A DNA stretch of 63,136 nt from NCBI GenBank assembly GCA_964630755.1, contig CAZVYS010000003.1, positions 1 through 63,136 of the forward strand. The letters are read 5' to 3'. Below are positions 26,041 through 35,448 of this stretch, piece by piece. Made by a program: the position numbers and the translations under genes. Below the pieces are notes generated by a model that saw nothing but the letters and a program-made list of their open reading frames with translations, was not told where the DNA came from and did no database searches. Source of the DNA: an uncultured Pseudomonadales bacterium (GTDB lineage: Bacteria > Patescibacteriota > Microgenomatia > UBA1400 > CG1-02-47-37). The stretch's first letter is position 1, and each line of letters opens with the position of its first letter.

Positions 26041-27024
26041 TAACTCCATCATTCTAATTACATAGCCCCATTCATTATCATACCAGCTCAAGATCTTCAC
26101 CAAGTCTCCGTCAATAACTCTAGTCATATCCATATCTACCAACGATGAAAACTCACTCCCAACTATGTCCGATGACACAATTGGCTTATCAGTTACTCCC
26201 AAAACTCCTTTTAAATCCCCATCAGCCGCTAATGCCAATGCCTTATTTACCTCTTCTTTTGTCGTTTTTTTCTCAGTTAAAAAAGTAAAATCTGTTAAAG
26301 AACCTGTTAAAATCGGCACTCTCACCGAAATGCCATCAAACAAACCTTTCACTTCTTTTATTACTTTGCCTGTCGTTTCAGCTGCTCCAGTTGTTGTTGG
26401 CACAATATTAAAACAGCCTGCCCTACCTCTTCGTAAATCTTTGTGAGAGTTATCTACCATTCTTTGACCAGAAGTTACTGCGTGAATGGTTGTCATGCCA
26501 GCTTTTTTTATCCCAAACTCTTTTAATATCACTTTCACTACTGGACCAACGCAATTTGTCGTACAACTTGCATTAGAAAACACCTTTTTGTCCTTTGCTT
26601 CATTCTCATTAATCCCCATCATAAAAATACCTTCATCTGTTCCTTTAGGCGGGGCTGACAAAAGCACCCTCTTAGCTCCAGCCTCAAGATGATCATCAGC
26701 TTCTTCAATAGTTCTAAACTTGCCAGTGCATTCCAAAACCAAATCCACTCCCATTTTCTTCCACGGTAAATCTTTAGGCTCGCTGATCGCCATTACCGGA
26801 ATCTCTACAGAATCTACTACTAAATTATCTCCTTTGGCTTTTACTTTTCCTTGATACTTGCCGTAAACCGTATCGTACTCAAACAAATGAGCCCAACCAG
26901 CTACATCTACTCGACCAGATGTATTTATAGCCACAAATTCCATCTTATCTCGATGATGTTTTAACCCCGCTCTCAAAGCTAATCTCCCAATTCTACCAAA
27001 TCCATTAATAGCTACTTTTAACAT
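26011..27024 (-). CDS. gap: glyceraldehyde-3-phosphate dehydrogenase
   Basis: INGFGRIGR NAD-binding motif, active-site SNASCTTNC, WYDNEWGY. The C-terminal residues are repeat-encoded. Confidence 0.93.
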   Translation of the reverse strand: MLKVAINGFGRIGRLALRAGLKHHRDKMEFVAINTSGRVDVAGWAHLFEYDTVYGKYQGKVKAKGDNLVVDSVEIPVMAISEPKDLPWKKMGVDLVLECTGKFRTIEEADDHLEAGAKRVLLSAPPKGTDEGIFMMGINENEAKDKKVFSNASCTTNCVGPVVKVILKEFGIKKAGMTTIHAVTSGQRMVDNSHKDLRRGRAGCFNIVPTTTGAAETTGKVIKEVKGLFDGISVRVPILTGSLTDFTFLTEKKTTKEEVNKALALAADGDLKGVLGVTDKPIVSSDIVGSEFSSLVDMDMTRVIDGDLVKILSWYDNEWGYVIRMMELALHSQGKLS

Positions 27025-27026
27025 AC

Positions 27027-27503
27027 TTAATCCTTCTGCCCACTCAAACCGCTAAGCTTTTGATGAGCCTCTATTTTTTTTATTTTTTCAACTCTACGAA
27101 TATTTCGCTCTTGTTTACCATACTCTGTTTTCAAGAACACGTCTATCATCATTTTTGCCTTTTTTTCATTAAAATAATCAGCCGCTAAACTCAATACATT
27201 AGCTTGATCATACTCTACTCCATGCTTTACCTGCTCAACATCAAAACCCAATACGCTTCTTGCTCCATTTACTTTATTAACTGCTATATTTACCCCCACT
27301 CCAGAACCACAAATCACAATTCCTTTACTATTGCTCTTGCCCACCGCCTTGCCTACTTTTAGCGCATAATCAGGATAATCATCTTTTATGTCTAGCTGCT
27401 TATTCCCCATGTCCTCATACCCTACTCCCCAGCCAACCAGCCACTCTTTTATCTTCTCCTTTAACTCAAAACCCCGATGATCTGCGCCTAAATAAACTTT
27501 CAT
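27027..27503 (-). CDS. rpiB: ribose-5-phosphate isomerase B
   Basis: GADHRGFELKE...GIVICGSGVGVNIAVNK, typical RpiB/LacAB. Confidence 0.9.
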   Translation of the reverse strand: MKVYLGADHRGFELKEKIKEWLVGWGVGYEDMGNKQLDIKDDYPDYALKVGKAVGKSNSKGIVICGSGVGVNIAVNKVNGARSVLGFDVEQVKHGVEYDQANVLSLAADYFNEKKAKMMIDVFLKTEYGKQERNIRRVEKIKKIEAHQKLSGLSGQKD

Positions 27504-28120
27504 GTCATGAACGCCTTTTCACTACATACTTTACAATGCGAGTGGTCAGCTTTATTCATTTCGTCTTCAAACTGGCTAATTGCCTCTATCATTTCTTTGT
27601 CATTTTCAACAATCTTAAACACTTTAGACGCATCTGGTCTAATCTTCATATTATCTCGCATCACCTTAACTACCTTTTCCCAAAACCTACCATATAAAAT
27701 AAATGGTTTATGATGTGGATAATAAAGCCTGGCTAAAACCCAACTAGTTCCAAACTCGCTAACCGTTCCAGTTCCTCCATTAAAAATTACATAACAATCA
27801 GCATGCTCCATTAACTTAAACATCCGTTCAATATAATTCTCTGTCTTAATCTCTTTATCTACTCGATTAGCTACGTATCGTCCTTCAAACCCTGGTGCGT
27901 CTTTAGGGTTAAAAGTTATCGCCACCGTCTCTCCGCTCACTGACTCCGCTCCTTGAGTCGATGCATCCATAATTCCCGGACCGCCGCCATTAACTATTGT
28001 GTAACCCTTCTTGGCTAATGTTTGAGCTGCCTTAAATGCTTGCTTGTATTCCTTTGTCTTTTTCCCATAGTCAGAATACCCAAAAAAAGCAATATTTTTT
28101 ATAAATCTACCCGGTGTCAT
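27500..28120 (-). CDS. LOG-family (TIGR00730) cytokinin riboside 5'-monophosphate phosphoribohydrolase-like protein
   Basis: GGGPGIMDA and PGGTGT-like NGGTGTVSEF motifs. Confidence 0.8.
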   Translation of the reverse strand: MTPGRFIKNIAFFGYSDYGKKTKEYKQAFKAAQTLAKKGYTIVNGGGPGIMDASTQGAESVSGETVAITFNPKDAPGFEGRYVANRVDKEIKTENYIERMFKLMEHADCYVIFNGGTGTVSEFGTSWVLARLYYPHHKPFILYGRFWEKVVKVMRDNMKIRPDASKVFKIVENDKEMIEAISQFEDEMNKADHSHCKVCSEKAFMT

Positions 28121-28153
28121 CTTGACACTAATATAGCACAAAACGAAGTTTTC

Positions 28154-28687
28154 TTAAAAACTCCCCTCAAGCACATGCTTGTCTGGTGCTTCGTCACCAT
28201 CTTCTGCCTCCAAAGTCACTACCACTCCCTCAAAATCACTCTTGTCTCCTTCTGCAGAATAATAAAGGCTTCCTTTACCTTCAGCTTCTGGTAATCTGCC
28301 TGTTGAAAAAAATCCGTCTTTGCCTACCAACCAACCTTCATAAAAATAGCCCTTTTCTAAAGGCTTTAAACCACTAGCATCAACCTTATGAACAAACTCA
28401 CCTTCAGCAAAATGCCTCCAGGCTGTACCCACTGCTTGACCTTGAGCTACATCTTTCAAAACCGTCATCTCAACTCCCTGTTTGGCAAACTTATCCTCAA
28501 TCTCTTGTTTTTCAACCTCACTCATTGGTTCTGGCAACTCTTCCACCATTTGATTAGAAGGTTCTAAATTTATCTCTGGCATTACCTCTTCCTCTTGACC
28601 GCTTCTTCTTGCTATCCAAAATCCTCCCACTACCAAAACTACTACAACCATCGCTCCGAATAACTGCTTCATTCTCTGATTTTCCAT
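28154..28687 (-). CDS. membrane-anchored protein with anti-sigma-K (RskA) C-terminal-like domain
   Basis: N-terminal TM helix. The C-terminal region YEGWLVGKDGFFSTG...VVVTLEAEDG resembles the RskA-type extracytoplasmic domain. Confidence 0.5.
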   Translation of the reverse strand: MENQRMKQLFGAMVVVVLVVGGFWIARRSGQEEEVMPEINLEPSNQMVEELPEPMSEVEKQEIEDKFAKQGVEMTVLKDVAQGQAVGTAWRHFAEGEFVHKVDASGLKPLEKGYFYEGWLVGKDGFFSTGRLPEAEGKGSLYYSAEGDKSDFEGVVVTLEAEDGDEAPDKHVLEGSF

Positions 28688-28797
28688 ATTTTTCTCCCCT
28701 TATCCCTTAACTTGGGATTTAATTAATTAAACTTATCTTATAATTTATCCTATATCCATAATCTTTTCAAGCCTTATTTTAGTTAGTTCAAATTTAG

Positions 28798-28803
28798 TAT
28801 AAT
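28798..28803 (+). promoter_or_regulatory. -10 box TATAAT 7 nt upstream of ATG (leaderless-type)
   Basis: tagTATAAT-aagcttt-ATG with no SD. Confidence 0.4.
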
Positions 28804-28810
28804 AAGCTTT

Positions 28811-29926
28811 ATGCCTAAAAGAATCCTGATTCTTACCACCGACGCTGGGGGTGGCCACATTGCTATTACTAACGCTGTCTGTCAATACCTCAAGCTCATA
28901 CCCAATAAAACTCTTGTAAAAACTCTTAACACCACCCTGGCTATCACCTCACCCGCTTATCGATTGGTCGGTGAATACTTTTCTTCTTTTCACCAAACCA
29001 ACTGGCAAGCCAGTAACTCGCCTAAAGCCGCTAAACTACTTAATCAACTCAACACTCCCTTGCTTTTACCCAAACTCATTAAATCAGTTAATACTTTTAA
29101 GCCAAACCTTATCATCGCAACAGATCCTTTTTCTCCTTATACTCTCAAGGTTGCCCTACATAACCTCAAGCTCAAAATCCCCTACCTTATAGTTGTCGCT
29201 GATCCTTTTACTATCCATCATGCCTGGACAGCTAATAAAAATGCCAACCACTATCTTGCTCCTACCAAAGAAGTAAAGCAAATTCTTGTCAAAAGAAACA
29301 TCAAGGCTTCAAACATAACTGTCACTGGTCTACCTTTGCGCCAAACTGTTTTTACTCCCCAAATCAACCAGTCACAAGCCCGTTACCATCTCAACTTAGA
29401 TCCAGAAAAAATCACTCTATTTATCGGTGGCAGCGGTGAAGGCCATGGCCAAATCCACAAACTCACCAAAAACATCCTTACACACCCTCAAGCTAAATCT
29501 CGTTGCCAACTAATCGTTGTCGCTGGCAAAAACAAGCTCTTAAAATCTCGCCTAAATACCCTTAAAAAGAAACACCCTCAACTCAAATTCTTTGGCTATA
29601 CTGACCTAATTGACCAACTAATCATCGCTTCTGACTTTGTAGTTGGCAAACCAGGACCCAACATATTATTCGAAAGCCTCATGTTAAATAAACCTTTTCT
29701 GGCTACCAGCCAACCCTTAAGTCAAGAGCTCGGCAACTATCACTACATCACCCAGCAAAAGCTTGGTCTAGTCACCCATAAACCCGCCCGCACTCTAGAA
29801 GCCATCATCAAACTTGTCAATCATCCTCGCCTTTTGAAAACCTTTCAACCAGGCATTAAAAAACATCAACGCCTCTACCAAAACACTCCTCAAGCTACTC
29901 TAAAAGTAATCCAAAAATACCTCTAA
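28811..29926 (+). CDS. GT28-family glycosyltransferase (MGDG synthase / MurG-like)
   Basis: ILILTTDAGGGHIAITNAV N-terminus plus a C-terminal GKPGPN nucleotide-sugar binding region, as in monogalactosyldiacylglycerol synthase-like enzymes. Confidence 0.75.
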   Translation: MPKRILILTTDAGGGHIAITNAVCQYLKLIPNKTLVKTLNTTLAITSPAYRLVGEYFSSFHQTNWQASNSPKAAKLLNQLNTPLLLPKLIKSVNTFKPNLIIATDPFSPYTLKVALHNLKLKIPYLIVVADPFTIHHAWTANKNANHYLAPTKEVKQILVKRNIKASNITVTGLPLRQTVFTPQINQSQARYHLNLDPEKITLFIGGSGEGHGQIHKLTKNILTHPQAKSRCQLIVVAGKNKLLKSRLNTLKKKHPQLKFFGYTDLIDQLIIASDFVVGKPGPNILFESLMLNKPFLATSQPLSQELGNYHYITQQKLGLVTHKPARTLEAIIKLVNHPRLLKTFQPGIKKHQRLYQNTPQATLKVIQKYL

Positions 29927-29930
29927 ACAA

Positions 29931-29989
29931 CAAAAACCCCCCAGATGATTGTCAACCATTAGTTGATCCATCAGAGGGGCTCTTTTTTA
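29931..29989. terminator. bidirectional intrinsic terminator between convergent genes
   Basis: A-run, then CCCC..GATG...CATC..GGGG imperfect stem, then T-run (ctctttttt). Confidence 0.5.
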
Positions 29990-30001
29990 TTTAAAATCCG
30001 C

Positions 30002-30199
30002 TTATTTTTTCTTAAGAACTGGCATGCCTGTTCTCTTTGTCTCCATAACTTCCATTCCAGCTGGAACTTCGTCTAAGGAACCATCGCGGACATCTCGGGC
30101 GAAGAAATAAATTCTTTGTTTCTTACCACCACGTAGAGTTACGTCTTTGAAGTGAAGATAATAAGTCACTCCTTTTGAGTTTGTGTATGAAAAAGCCAT
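30002..30199 (-). CDS. small basic hypothetical protein
   Basis: 65-aa ORF with a strong SD (GGAGGTGAG) 7 nt upstream of the ATG, preceded by the conserved leader hairpin. Confidence 0.6.
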   Translation of the reverse strand: MAFSYTNSKGVTYYLHFKDVTLRGGKKQRIYFFARDVRDGSLDEVPAGMEVMETKRTGMPVLKKK

Positions 30200-30265
30200 T
30201 TGTACTCACCTCCTCTGAATATTGCTGCAGTTGTTACGAACCTTTGTAGCGTTCGTAACCTGCTC
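30200..30265 (-). promoter_or_regulatory. conserved 5' leader hairpin motif, copy 1
   Basis: Minus strand: GAGCAG-GTTACGAAC-gctacaaag-GTTCGTAAC-aa-CTGCAGC-aatattcagaGGAGGTGAGtacaaATG. Near-identical flanks and spacing at 50541-50607. Confidence 0.6.
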
Positions 30266-30351
30266 ATAATCGGGCAGTTTTAATATTACAGAGGTAGCCT
30301 ATCCTAGTTTTCTGTACTTTGTCAAGAGGAACACCTCAAGAAGATTATAGG

Positions 30352-30579
30352 CTATTCCTTAGGCCAAACCTTTTCATTAGTTTCCGTATCATAAAGCTCG
30401 ATCGCATTAGTCGGGCAACTTTGAGCTCCTAAAAGCACATTTTCCGGCGTATCTCCATCCTCAGATATTAAAACTGCAATATTATCATCGTCTAGTTTGT
30501 AAGTTCCTGGTGCAATCCCCACACAACTAGCCGCACTTATACACTTATCTCTTATTATTTTTATCTTGTATTTTGCCAT
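30352..30579 (-). CDS. small single-cluster 4Fe-4S ferredoxin
   Basis: 75 aa with Cys ligands in DKCISAASCVGIAP...QSCPTNAI. Confidence 0.8.
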   Translation of the reverse strand: MAKYKIKIIRDKCISAASCVGIAPGTYKLDDDNIAVLISEDGDTPENVLLGAQSCPTNAIELYDTETNEKVWPKE

Positions 30580-30612
30580 AAAGCCTCCTTTTTATTTACT
30601 CTAACAACTCAC

Positions 30613-31197
30613 TTAGCTCAGGTCAACTATAAACAGCCTGTGTTTTGTTGGTTTAAGCCAAAATGGTTTAATTTTTCTAACCATAATCCTTCTACCTCCT
30701 AGTCTTTTTAACACTTCGATCCAATCCTTTTCCGATCTAAAATTTAAAGCCATTTCCATATCCTTATCTATTAGTTTATTTCCAAAATCAAACATCTTAA
30801 CTAACTGTAGCTCCAACCAATTAGAATACACATCTTCAAAAATTATCAATCTTTTCTTTGCTACCCTGATACTCTCTCTCAACAACTGCTCCTGCTCTTT
30901 TATATGATGAAAAACATAAACTGCATAAACCACCTCAAAACTCTTATTATTAAACGGAATCTTATTGCCATCATACTGTCTAAACTTTATATTTGTTTTA
31001 ATATTATCCAACACATCAACTCCCATTAATCTAATTTTCTTCTTTTCCTCCAACCTACTCCCCACCCAACCACCTCCGCAACCAAAATCAAGCACCCTAC
31101 TATTTACTTTTATATACGAACTTAAATCATCAGCAACTTTCTCAGCCCGACGCTTATAAATCCTTGTCTTTAGTCTTGTCCGCCAATCCATCTTCAA
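30613..31197 (-). CDS. class I SAM-dependent methyltransferase
   Basis: VLDFGCGGG motif I. Confidence 0.8.
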   Translation of the reverse strand: MKMDWRTRLKTRIYKRRAEKVADDLSSYIKVNSRVLDFGCGGGWVGSRLEEKKKIRLMGVDVLDNIKTNIKFRQYDGNKIPFNNKSFEVVYAVYVFHHIKEQEQLLRESIRVAKKRLIIFEDVYSNWLELQLVKMFDFGNKLIDKDMEMALNFRSEKDWIEVLKRLGGRRIMVRKIKPFWLKPTKHRLFIVDLS

Positions 31198-31904
31198 AAA
31201 AACTTCTCAAAGTGAACCTGATCTTTAGGAACCCCCATCTCCATCAATAATTGACTAACCTCCTCAATCATTTCTTTATTGCCGCAAAGATAGGCTCCCC
31301 AATCTGGGCCTAATTGATCTTCATCCTTAATACACTCTGTCACATAACCAGAACACATTGGCCATAAATCTGGCGGTTTAGATAAAGTCAGATGAAAGTT
31401 AAAATTATCATAATACTGATGAAACCGCCTAAAATCTTCCTCCCAAAACATATCTTCAACAAACCGCAGCCCCCAATGAAGCAAAATCTCTCTTTTATCT
31501 CTCTTAAATTCTAATCTATCTAGAACCATTGACCTTAAAGGCGCAATCCCCGATCCAGTGGCAACAAACAATAGTTTTTTCTCTTTTTTGCTCTCTTCCA
31601 ACACAAACTGACCCAAAGGCCCCATAAAATTAACCTCATCTCCGGGTTTTCTAGTCTTTAAAAAGTTGGCTCCTTTTCCTCCGGGTGAAATATCCACACA
31701 AATCTCGACCGCGTGATTCATGGCTGGTGCCGAAGCCACTGAATAGCTTCGCCTTTCTCCTCCACCAATATCTATTGACACATACTGCCCAGCTTGAAAA
31801 TCTATTCGATACGGCTCCAATAACTCTATATGTAAATACTGAAACTTCTCATTTATTAAAATGTGTTCTGAAACTTTAGCTTTATATTGATTTGGCTTTT
31901 GCAT
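31194..31904 (-). CDS. FAD/NAD(P)-binding oxidoreductase, ferredoxin-NADP reductase-like
   Basis: RSYSVAS (RxYS FAD motif), GPLG, LLFVATGSGIAP and LCGNKEM. Confidence 0.8.
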   Translation of the reverse strand: MQKPNQYKAKVSEHILINEKFQYLHIELLEPYRIDFQAGQYVSIDIGGGERRSYSVASAPAMNHAVEICVDISPGGKGANFLKTRKPGDEVNFMGPLGQFVLEESKKEKKLLFVATGSGIAPLRSMVLDRLEFKRDKREILLHWGLRFVEDMFWEEDFRRFHQYYDNFNFHLTLSKPPDLWPMCSGYVTECIKDEDQLGPDWGAYLCGNKEMIEEVSQLLMEMGVPKDQVHFEKFF

Positions 31905-31948
31905 AACTATCTATTCTAATATATATTATATCCGCCTGCACATTGATT

Positions 31949-33088
31949 ATGATTTCTTATTCACACCTACCTATTCATGCCATTCGTCTCGGTTTTTACT
32001 CAGACACCTACTTTACTCGGGCTAAACACATTTTAACCAAAGACAAGCACCATCCAACTATTACTCACCAAGTTTTTCAAAAAAAAGGTCGAGTCATTAT
32101 CTGTGGTCTTAACGAAACCAAGACCCTTCTTAAAATCTGTGTTGGCTACTACAAAGATTATTCTCTGGCCAAAAAGCTTTTTACACAATTCCAAAGCCTC
32201 AATCACCCATCTACAGCTATTTCTAAGCTTTCTAAAAAACTTGACCAACTTTGGGTTAATCAATATTCAAAAATCAAGGTTAAGTCTTTAAAAGATGGCC
32301 AAGCTGCTAAAGCCAAAGAGCCCGTCATGCACATAATCGGAGACTACTCTCTCTTTGCTCATCTTGAAAATCTCTATTTAGGCATCTTAGCTCGACGCAC
32401 CCAGCTAGCCACTAATACTCATGCTTTAGTCAAAGCCGCCAATGACAAACCAGTCCTATCTTTTGCCAACCGCTCAGATTATTTTCTCAATCAAGAGGGT
32501 GATGGTTATGCCATTAATATTGGTGGGGCCAAAGCTATTAGCACCAACGCCATGGGCTCCTGGATTAATAAATCAGGTATCGGCACCATTCCTCACGCCT
32601 TAATTGTTGCCTATAATGGAAATATAACCAAAGCAGCTGCTAAATTTCATCAATACTTTCCCAAACAAAACGTTATTAGTTTAGTTGATTTTCACAATGA
32701 CTGCCTTAAAGGAGCCCTCGACACAGCTAATCAATTAGGTAAAAAACTCTGGGGAGTCAGATTAGACACCGCTGCTAACCAGGCCGATATTTCCACTCCC
32801 AACCACAAAGGCGTCAATCCTCTTTTAGTAAAAAAGCTCAGACTGGCTTTAGACCAAAACAGCTTCAATCACGTCAAAATCATTGTCTCTGGAGGCTTTA
32901 ACCCAGAAAAAATCGCCTTGTTTGAAAAACAAAATACTCCGGTTGATTTCTACGCCATTGGCTCATGGATCATGTCCCATGACAAAGGTAAATTTGACTT
33001 TACTGCCGACGCCGTCCAGCTTAATAGCAAAAATCTGGCCAAAGTCGGTAGAAAATACTCTCTCAATAAACGACTTAGATCATGGTAA
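31949..33088 (+). CDS. nicotinate phosphoribosyltransferase (short archaeal-like type)
   Basis: About 380 aa with DTYFTRAK at the N-terminus, IGTIPHALI and RLDT, consistent with the NAPRTase family. Confidence 0.7.
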   Translation: MISYSHLPIHAIRLGFYSDTYFTRAKHILTKDKHHPTITHQVFQKKGRVIICGLNETKTLLKICVGYYKDYSLAKKLFTQFQSLNHPSTAISKLSKKLDQLWVNQYSKIKVKSLKDGQAAKAKEPVMHIIGDYSLFAHLENLYLGILARRTQLATNTHALVKAANDKPVLSFANRSDYFLNQEGDGYAINIGGAKAISTNAMGSWINKSGIGTIPHALIVAYNGNITKAAAKFHQYFPKQNVISLVDFHNDCLKGALDTANQLGKKLWGVRLDTAANQADISTPNHKGVNPLLVKKLRLALDQNSFNHVKIIVSGGFNPEKIALFEKQNTPVDFYAIGSWIMSHDKGKFDFTADAVQLNSKNLAKVGRKYSLNKRLRSW

Positions 33089-33648
33089 AACTAAACCCTT
33101 CAACCGACGCTTTAATAATTGTCGATCTTCAAAACGACTTCTGTCCCAATGGAGCTTTAGCTGTTCCAAAAGGAAATACTATTATCAAACCCGTCAATCA
33201 ACTTGTTAAAAAATTTACACATGTCTTTGCCACTCTAGACTGGCATCCAAGCAACCACTGCACCTTTAACACTCAAGGCGGAGACTGGCCTATACATTGC
33301 TTGGCATTCTCAACTGGAGCCAAGCTTCACTCCAAGCTTAGAATTCCCCAAGCTAAACTAGTCTATAAAGGTACCAATCCTCAAGACCTAGCCTTTTCAG
33401 GCTTTGATCATACCAACTTAAAAAAACTCCTTAATCAAAATAAAATCACTCGTTTATTTATCTGCGGCTTAGCCACTGATTACTGCGTCAAAGAAACTGT
33501 CCTAGATGCCTTAAAACATCAATTTACAGTTTATCTTCTCAAAGACTGCATCAAAGGAGTTAACCTTAAACCAAATGACTCTCAAAAAGCCATTAAGAAA
33601 ATGGGCAATAAAGGCGCCAAAATAATTACTTCTTCTTTCCTTGAATAA
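33082..33648 (+). CDS. pncA: nicotinamidase / isochorismatase-family hydrolase
   Basis: ALIIVDLQNDFCPNGALAV, DWHP and GLATDYCV catalytic Cys context. Confidence 0.88.
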   Translation: MVKLNPSTDALIIVDLQNDFCPNGALAVPKGNTIIKPVNQLVKKFTHVFATLDWHPSNHCTFNTQGGDWPIHCLAFSTGAKLHSKLRIPQAKLVYKGTNPQDLAFSGFDHTNLKKLLNQNKITRLFICGLATDYCVKETVLDALKHQFTVYLLKDCIKGVNLKPNDSQKAIKKMGNKGAKIITSSFLE

Positions 33649-33862
33649 CTTGATTTAACCGCTTCACTGCTTTATCTACATCTTTATCACTATATCCATG
33701 CACTTTCATTCCCTGTTCAAGAGTGTCAAAGCTAGAGGCAAAGCAACCAACACAATGCAAGCCATAATCCTCGGCCAAAATCCGACCTACTTTACGACTA
33801 GCTTGGACCAATTCACCCAAGTTCATCTTTCTATCAATGACTATTTTCTTAGTTTTTGCCAT
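33626..33862 (-). CDS. DUF1858-type hybrid-cluster-associated redox disulfide protein
   Basis: LHCVGCFASSFDTLEQG motif. Start taken at MAKTKK. Confidence 0.6.
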   Translation of the reverse strand: MAKTKKIVIDRKMNLGELVQASRKVGRILAEDYGLHCVGCFASSFDTLEQGMKVHGYSDKDVDKAVKRLNQVIQGKKK

Positions 33863-34197
33863 GCTTGAAGCCCTAGTGTAGCACATTTCTTTCGAGCGCT
33901 ACTAATTGGTATCCCTAATTTATCTAACATCTTTTTCTCATCTAAGCTCGTTAACTCTTTCAAGTTCTTGCCTTTAATCATCTCCGTTAACATGCTAGTA
34001 GAGGCCAAGCTAATCGCACACCCCTCCCCTTCAAACTTAATCTCTTCTACTTTGCCCTTATTTATCTTTACTCCCATCTTAACCACATCCCCGCAATGAC
34101 TATTTCTCTGTTTCACCACTTGATCCATTTTTTTTAATCCTCCAAAATTCCGAGGGTTCTTAAAATGATCTAATATCTCTTCTTTATATACCTTCAT
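33841..34197 (-). CDS. sufU: SUF-type Fe-S scaffold/sulfur acceptor (SufU/NifU-like)
   Basis: NPRNFG...HCGD...GEGCAIS...ARKKCATL conserved Cys pattern. Confidence 0.85.
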   Translation of the reverse strand: MKVYKEEILDHFKNPRNFGGLKKMDQVVKQRNSHCGDVVKMGVKINKGKVEEIKFEGEGCAISLASTSMLTEMIKGKNLKELTSLDEKKMLDKLGIPISSARKKCATLGLQAWQKLRK

Positions 34198-34204
34198 AAA
34201 TCAA

Positions 34205-34227
34205 ATAAACAAGGTTACGAACCTTGT
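34205..34227. repeat. GGTTACGAACC-type palindrome between sufS and sufU
   Basis: AAACAAGGTT-acg-AACCTTGTTT perfect 10-bp arms. Confidence 0.7.
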
Positions 34228-35448
34228 TTATTTAAACACCTCCCCAACCTTCTTAATCCCCTCCACTAACCCATCTACATCATTCTCATTGTTATACACA
34301 TAAAAACTAGCTCTAGTTGTTGCCGTCAATCCCAGTCGCTCATGCAAAGGCATAGTGCAATGATGCCCCGATCTTACCGCCACTCCCCCACTATTTAACA
34401 CTTCAGCCACATCATGCGCATGCACTCCATCAACCGCGAATGTTACCACTCCCCCTCTAATCTCTATATCTTTAGGGCCAATCAACTTCACTCCCTTAAT
34501 CTTTTCTATCTTAAGTAGTGCATATTCTGTCAGTTTTTTCTCATGTTCTCGAATATTTTTCAATCCAAGTTTATTATGATACTCAACCGCCTCAGCCAAC
34601 CCAATAGCTCCACCCACATTTGGCGTACCTGCTTCCCATTTTTCTTGATCCTTAGCCCATTTAGAACTATCTTTATTAACCTCACTAATCATTCCCCCAC
34701 GAGTCATAAACACCCCCCCTTCATCCTGAACTAATTTTCTTATATATATTCCAGAAAAACCCAGTGGCGCCATCATCTTATGTCCAGCAATCACCAAAAA
34801 GTCACACTTGAGCTTTTTTACATCTACTCCTATATGTTGAACGCTCTGAGCCGCATCAATTAACACTCTTGCCCCCATTTTTTTCGCCATCTTGATAATC
34901 TTTTCCACCGGATTAATCACTCCAGTTGTATTAGATACATGAACTAAAGCCACCAACTTAGTTTTCTTGCTTAACTTCTTCTTAAGATCTTTCATATCCA
35001 ATAACCCCTTATCTGTCACCTCAACTACTTGTAGCTTCACTCCTTTTCTTTTAGCCACCTGCTGCCAAGGCACTAGATTAGCATGATGTTCCATCTCGGT
35101 GGTTAAGATCTCATCCCCTGGCTTTAGATTTCTAAAAGCCCAGGCCCAAGCTATTAGATTAATTCCCTCAGTCGCGTTACTTACAAACACCAGCTCATCA
35201 CTTCTTGCTCCAATAAATTCAGCCACAATCTTTCTTGATTCTTCATACATCAAACTAGCTTCTTCGCTTAAAGCATGAATCCCCCGATGAACATTAGCAT
35301 TATGCTTTTTATAATACTCACTCACCGCTTCAATTACTTGAGCCGGCTTTTGGCTACTAGCCGCATTATCTAAATAAACCAACCGTTTACCATTCACTTT
35401 TCTTATCAGTATTGGAAAGTCTTTTTTAATCTGATTAACATTAAGCAT
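34228..35448 (-). CDS. sufS: cysteine desulfurase SufS
   Basis: YLDNAASSQKP, PLP-Lys context AGHKMMAP, and catalytic RSGHHCTMPL. Confidence 0.93.
   Translation of the reverse strand: MLNVNQIKKDFPILIRKVNGKRLVYLDNAASSQKPAQVIEAVSEYYKKHNANVHRGIHALSEEASLMYEESRKIVAEFIGARSDELVFVSNATEGINLIAWAWAFRNLKPGDEILTTEMEHHANLVPWQQVAKRKGVKLQVVEVTDKGLLDMKDLKKKLSKKTKLVALVHVSNTTGVINPVEKIIKMAKKMGARVLIDAAQSVQHIGVDVKKLKCDFLVIAGHKMMAPLGFSGIYIRKLVQDEGGVFMTRGGMISEVNKDSSKWAKDQEKWEAGTPNVGGAIGLAEAVEYHNKLGLKNIREHEKKLTEYALLKIEKIKGVKLIGPKDIEIRGGVVTFAVDGVHAHDVAEVLNSGGVAVRSGHHCTMPLHERLGLTATTRASFYVYNNENDVDGLVEGIKKVGEVFK

Noticed and set aside
30224-30265. GAAC...CGTAA inside the conserved leader read as an ECF-type promoter (-35 GAAC, -10 CGT).
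   Set aside because: Spacing is only 12-13 nt rather than the 16-17 nt typical of ECF promoters, and the elements are better explained as the two arms of the hairpin.
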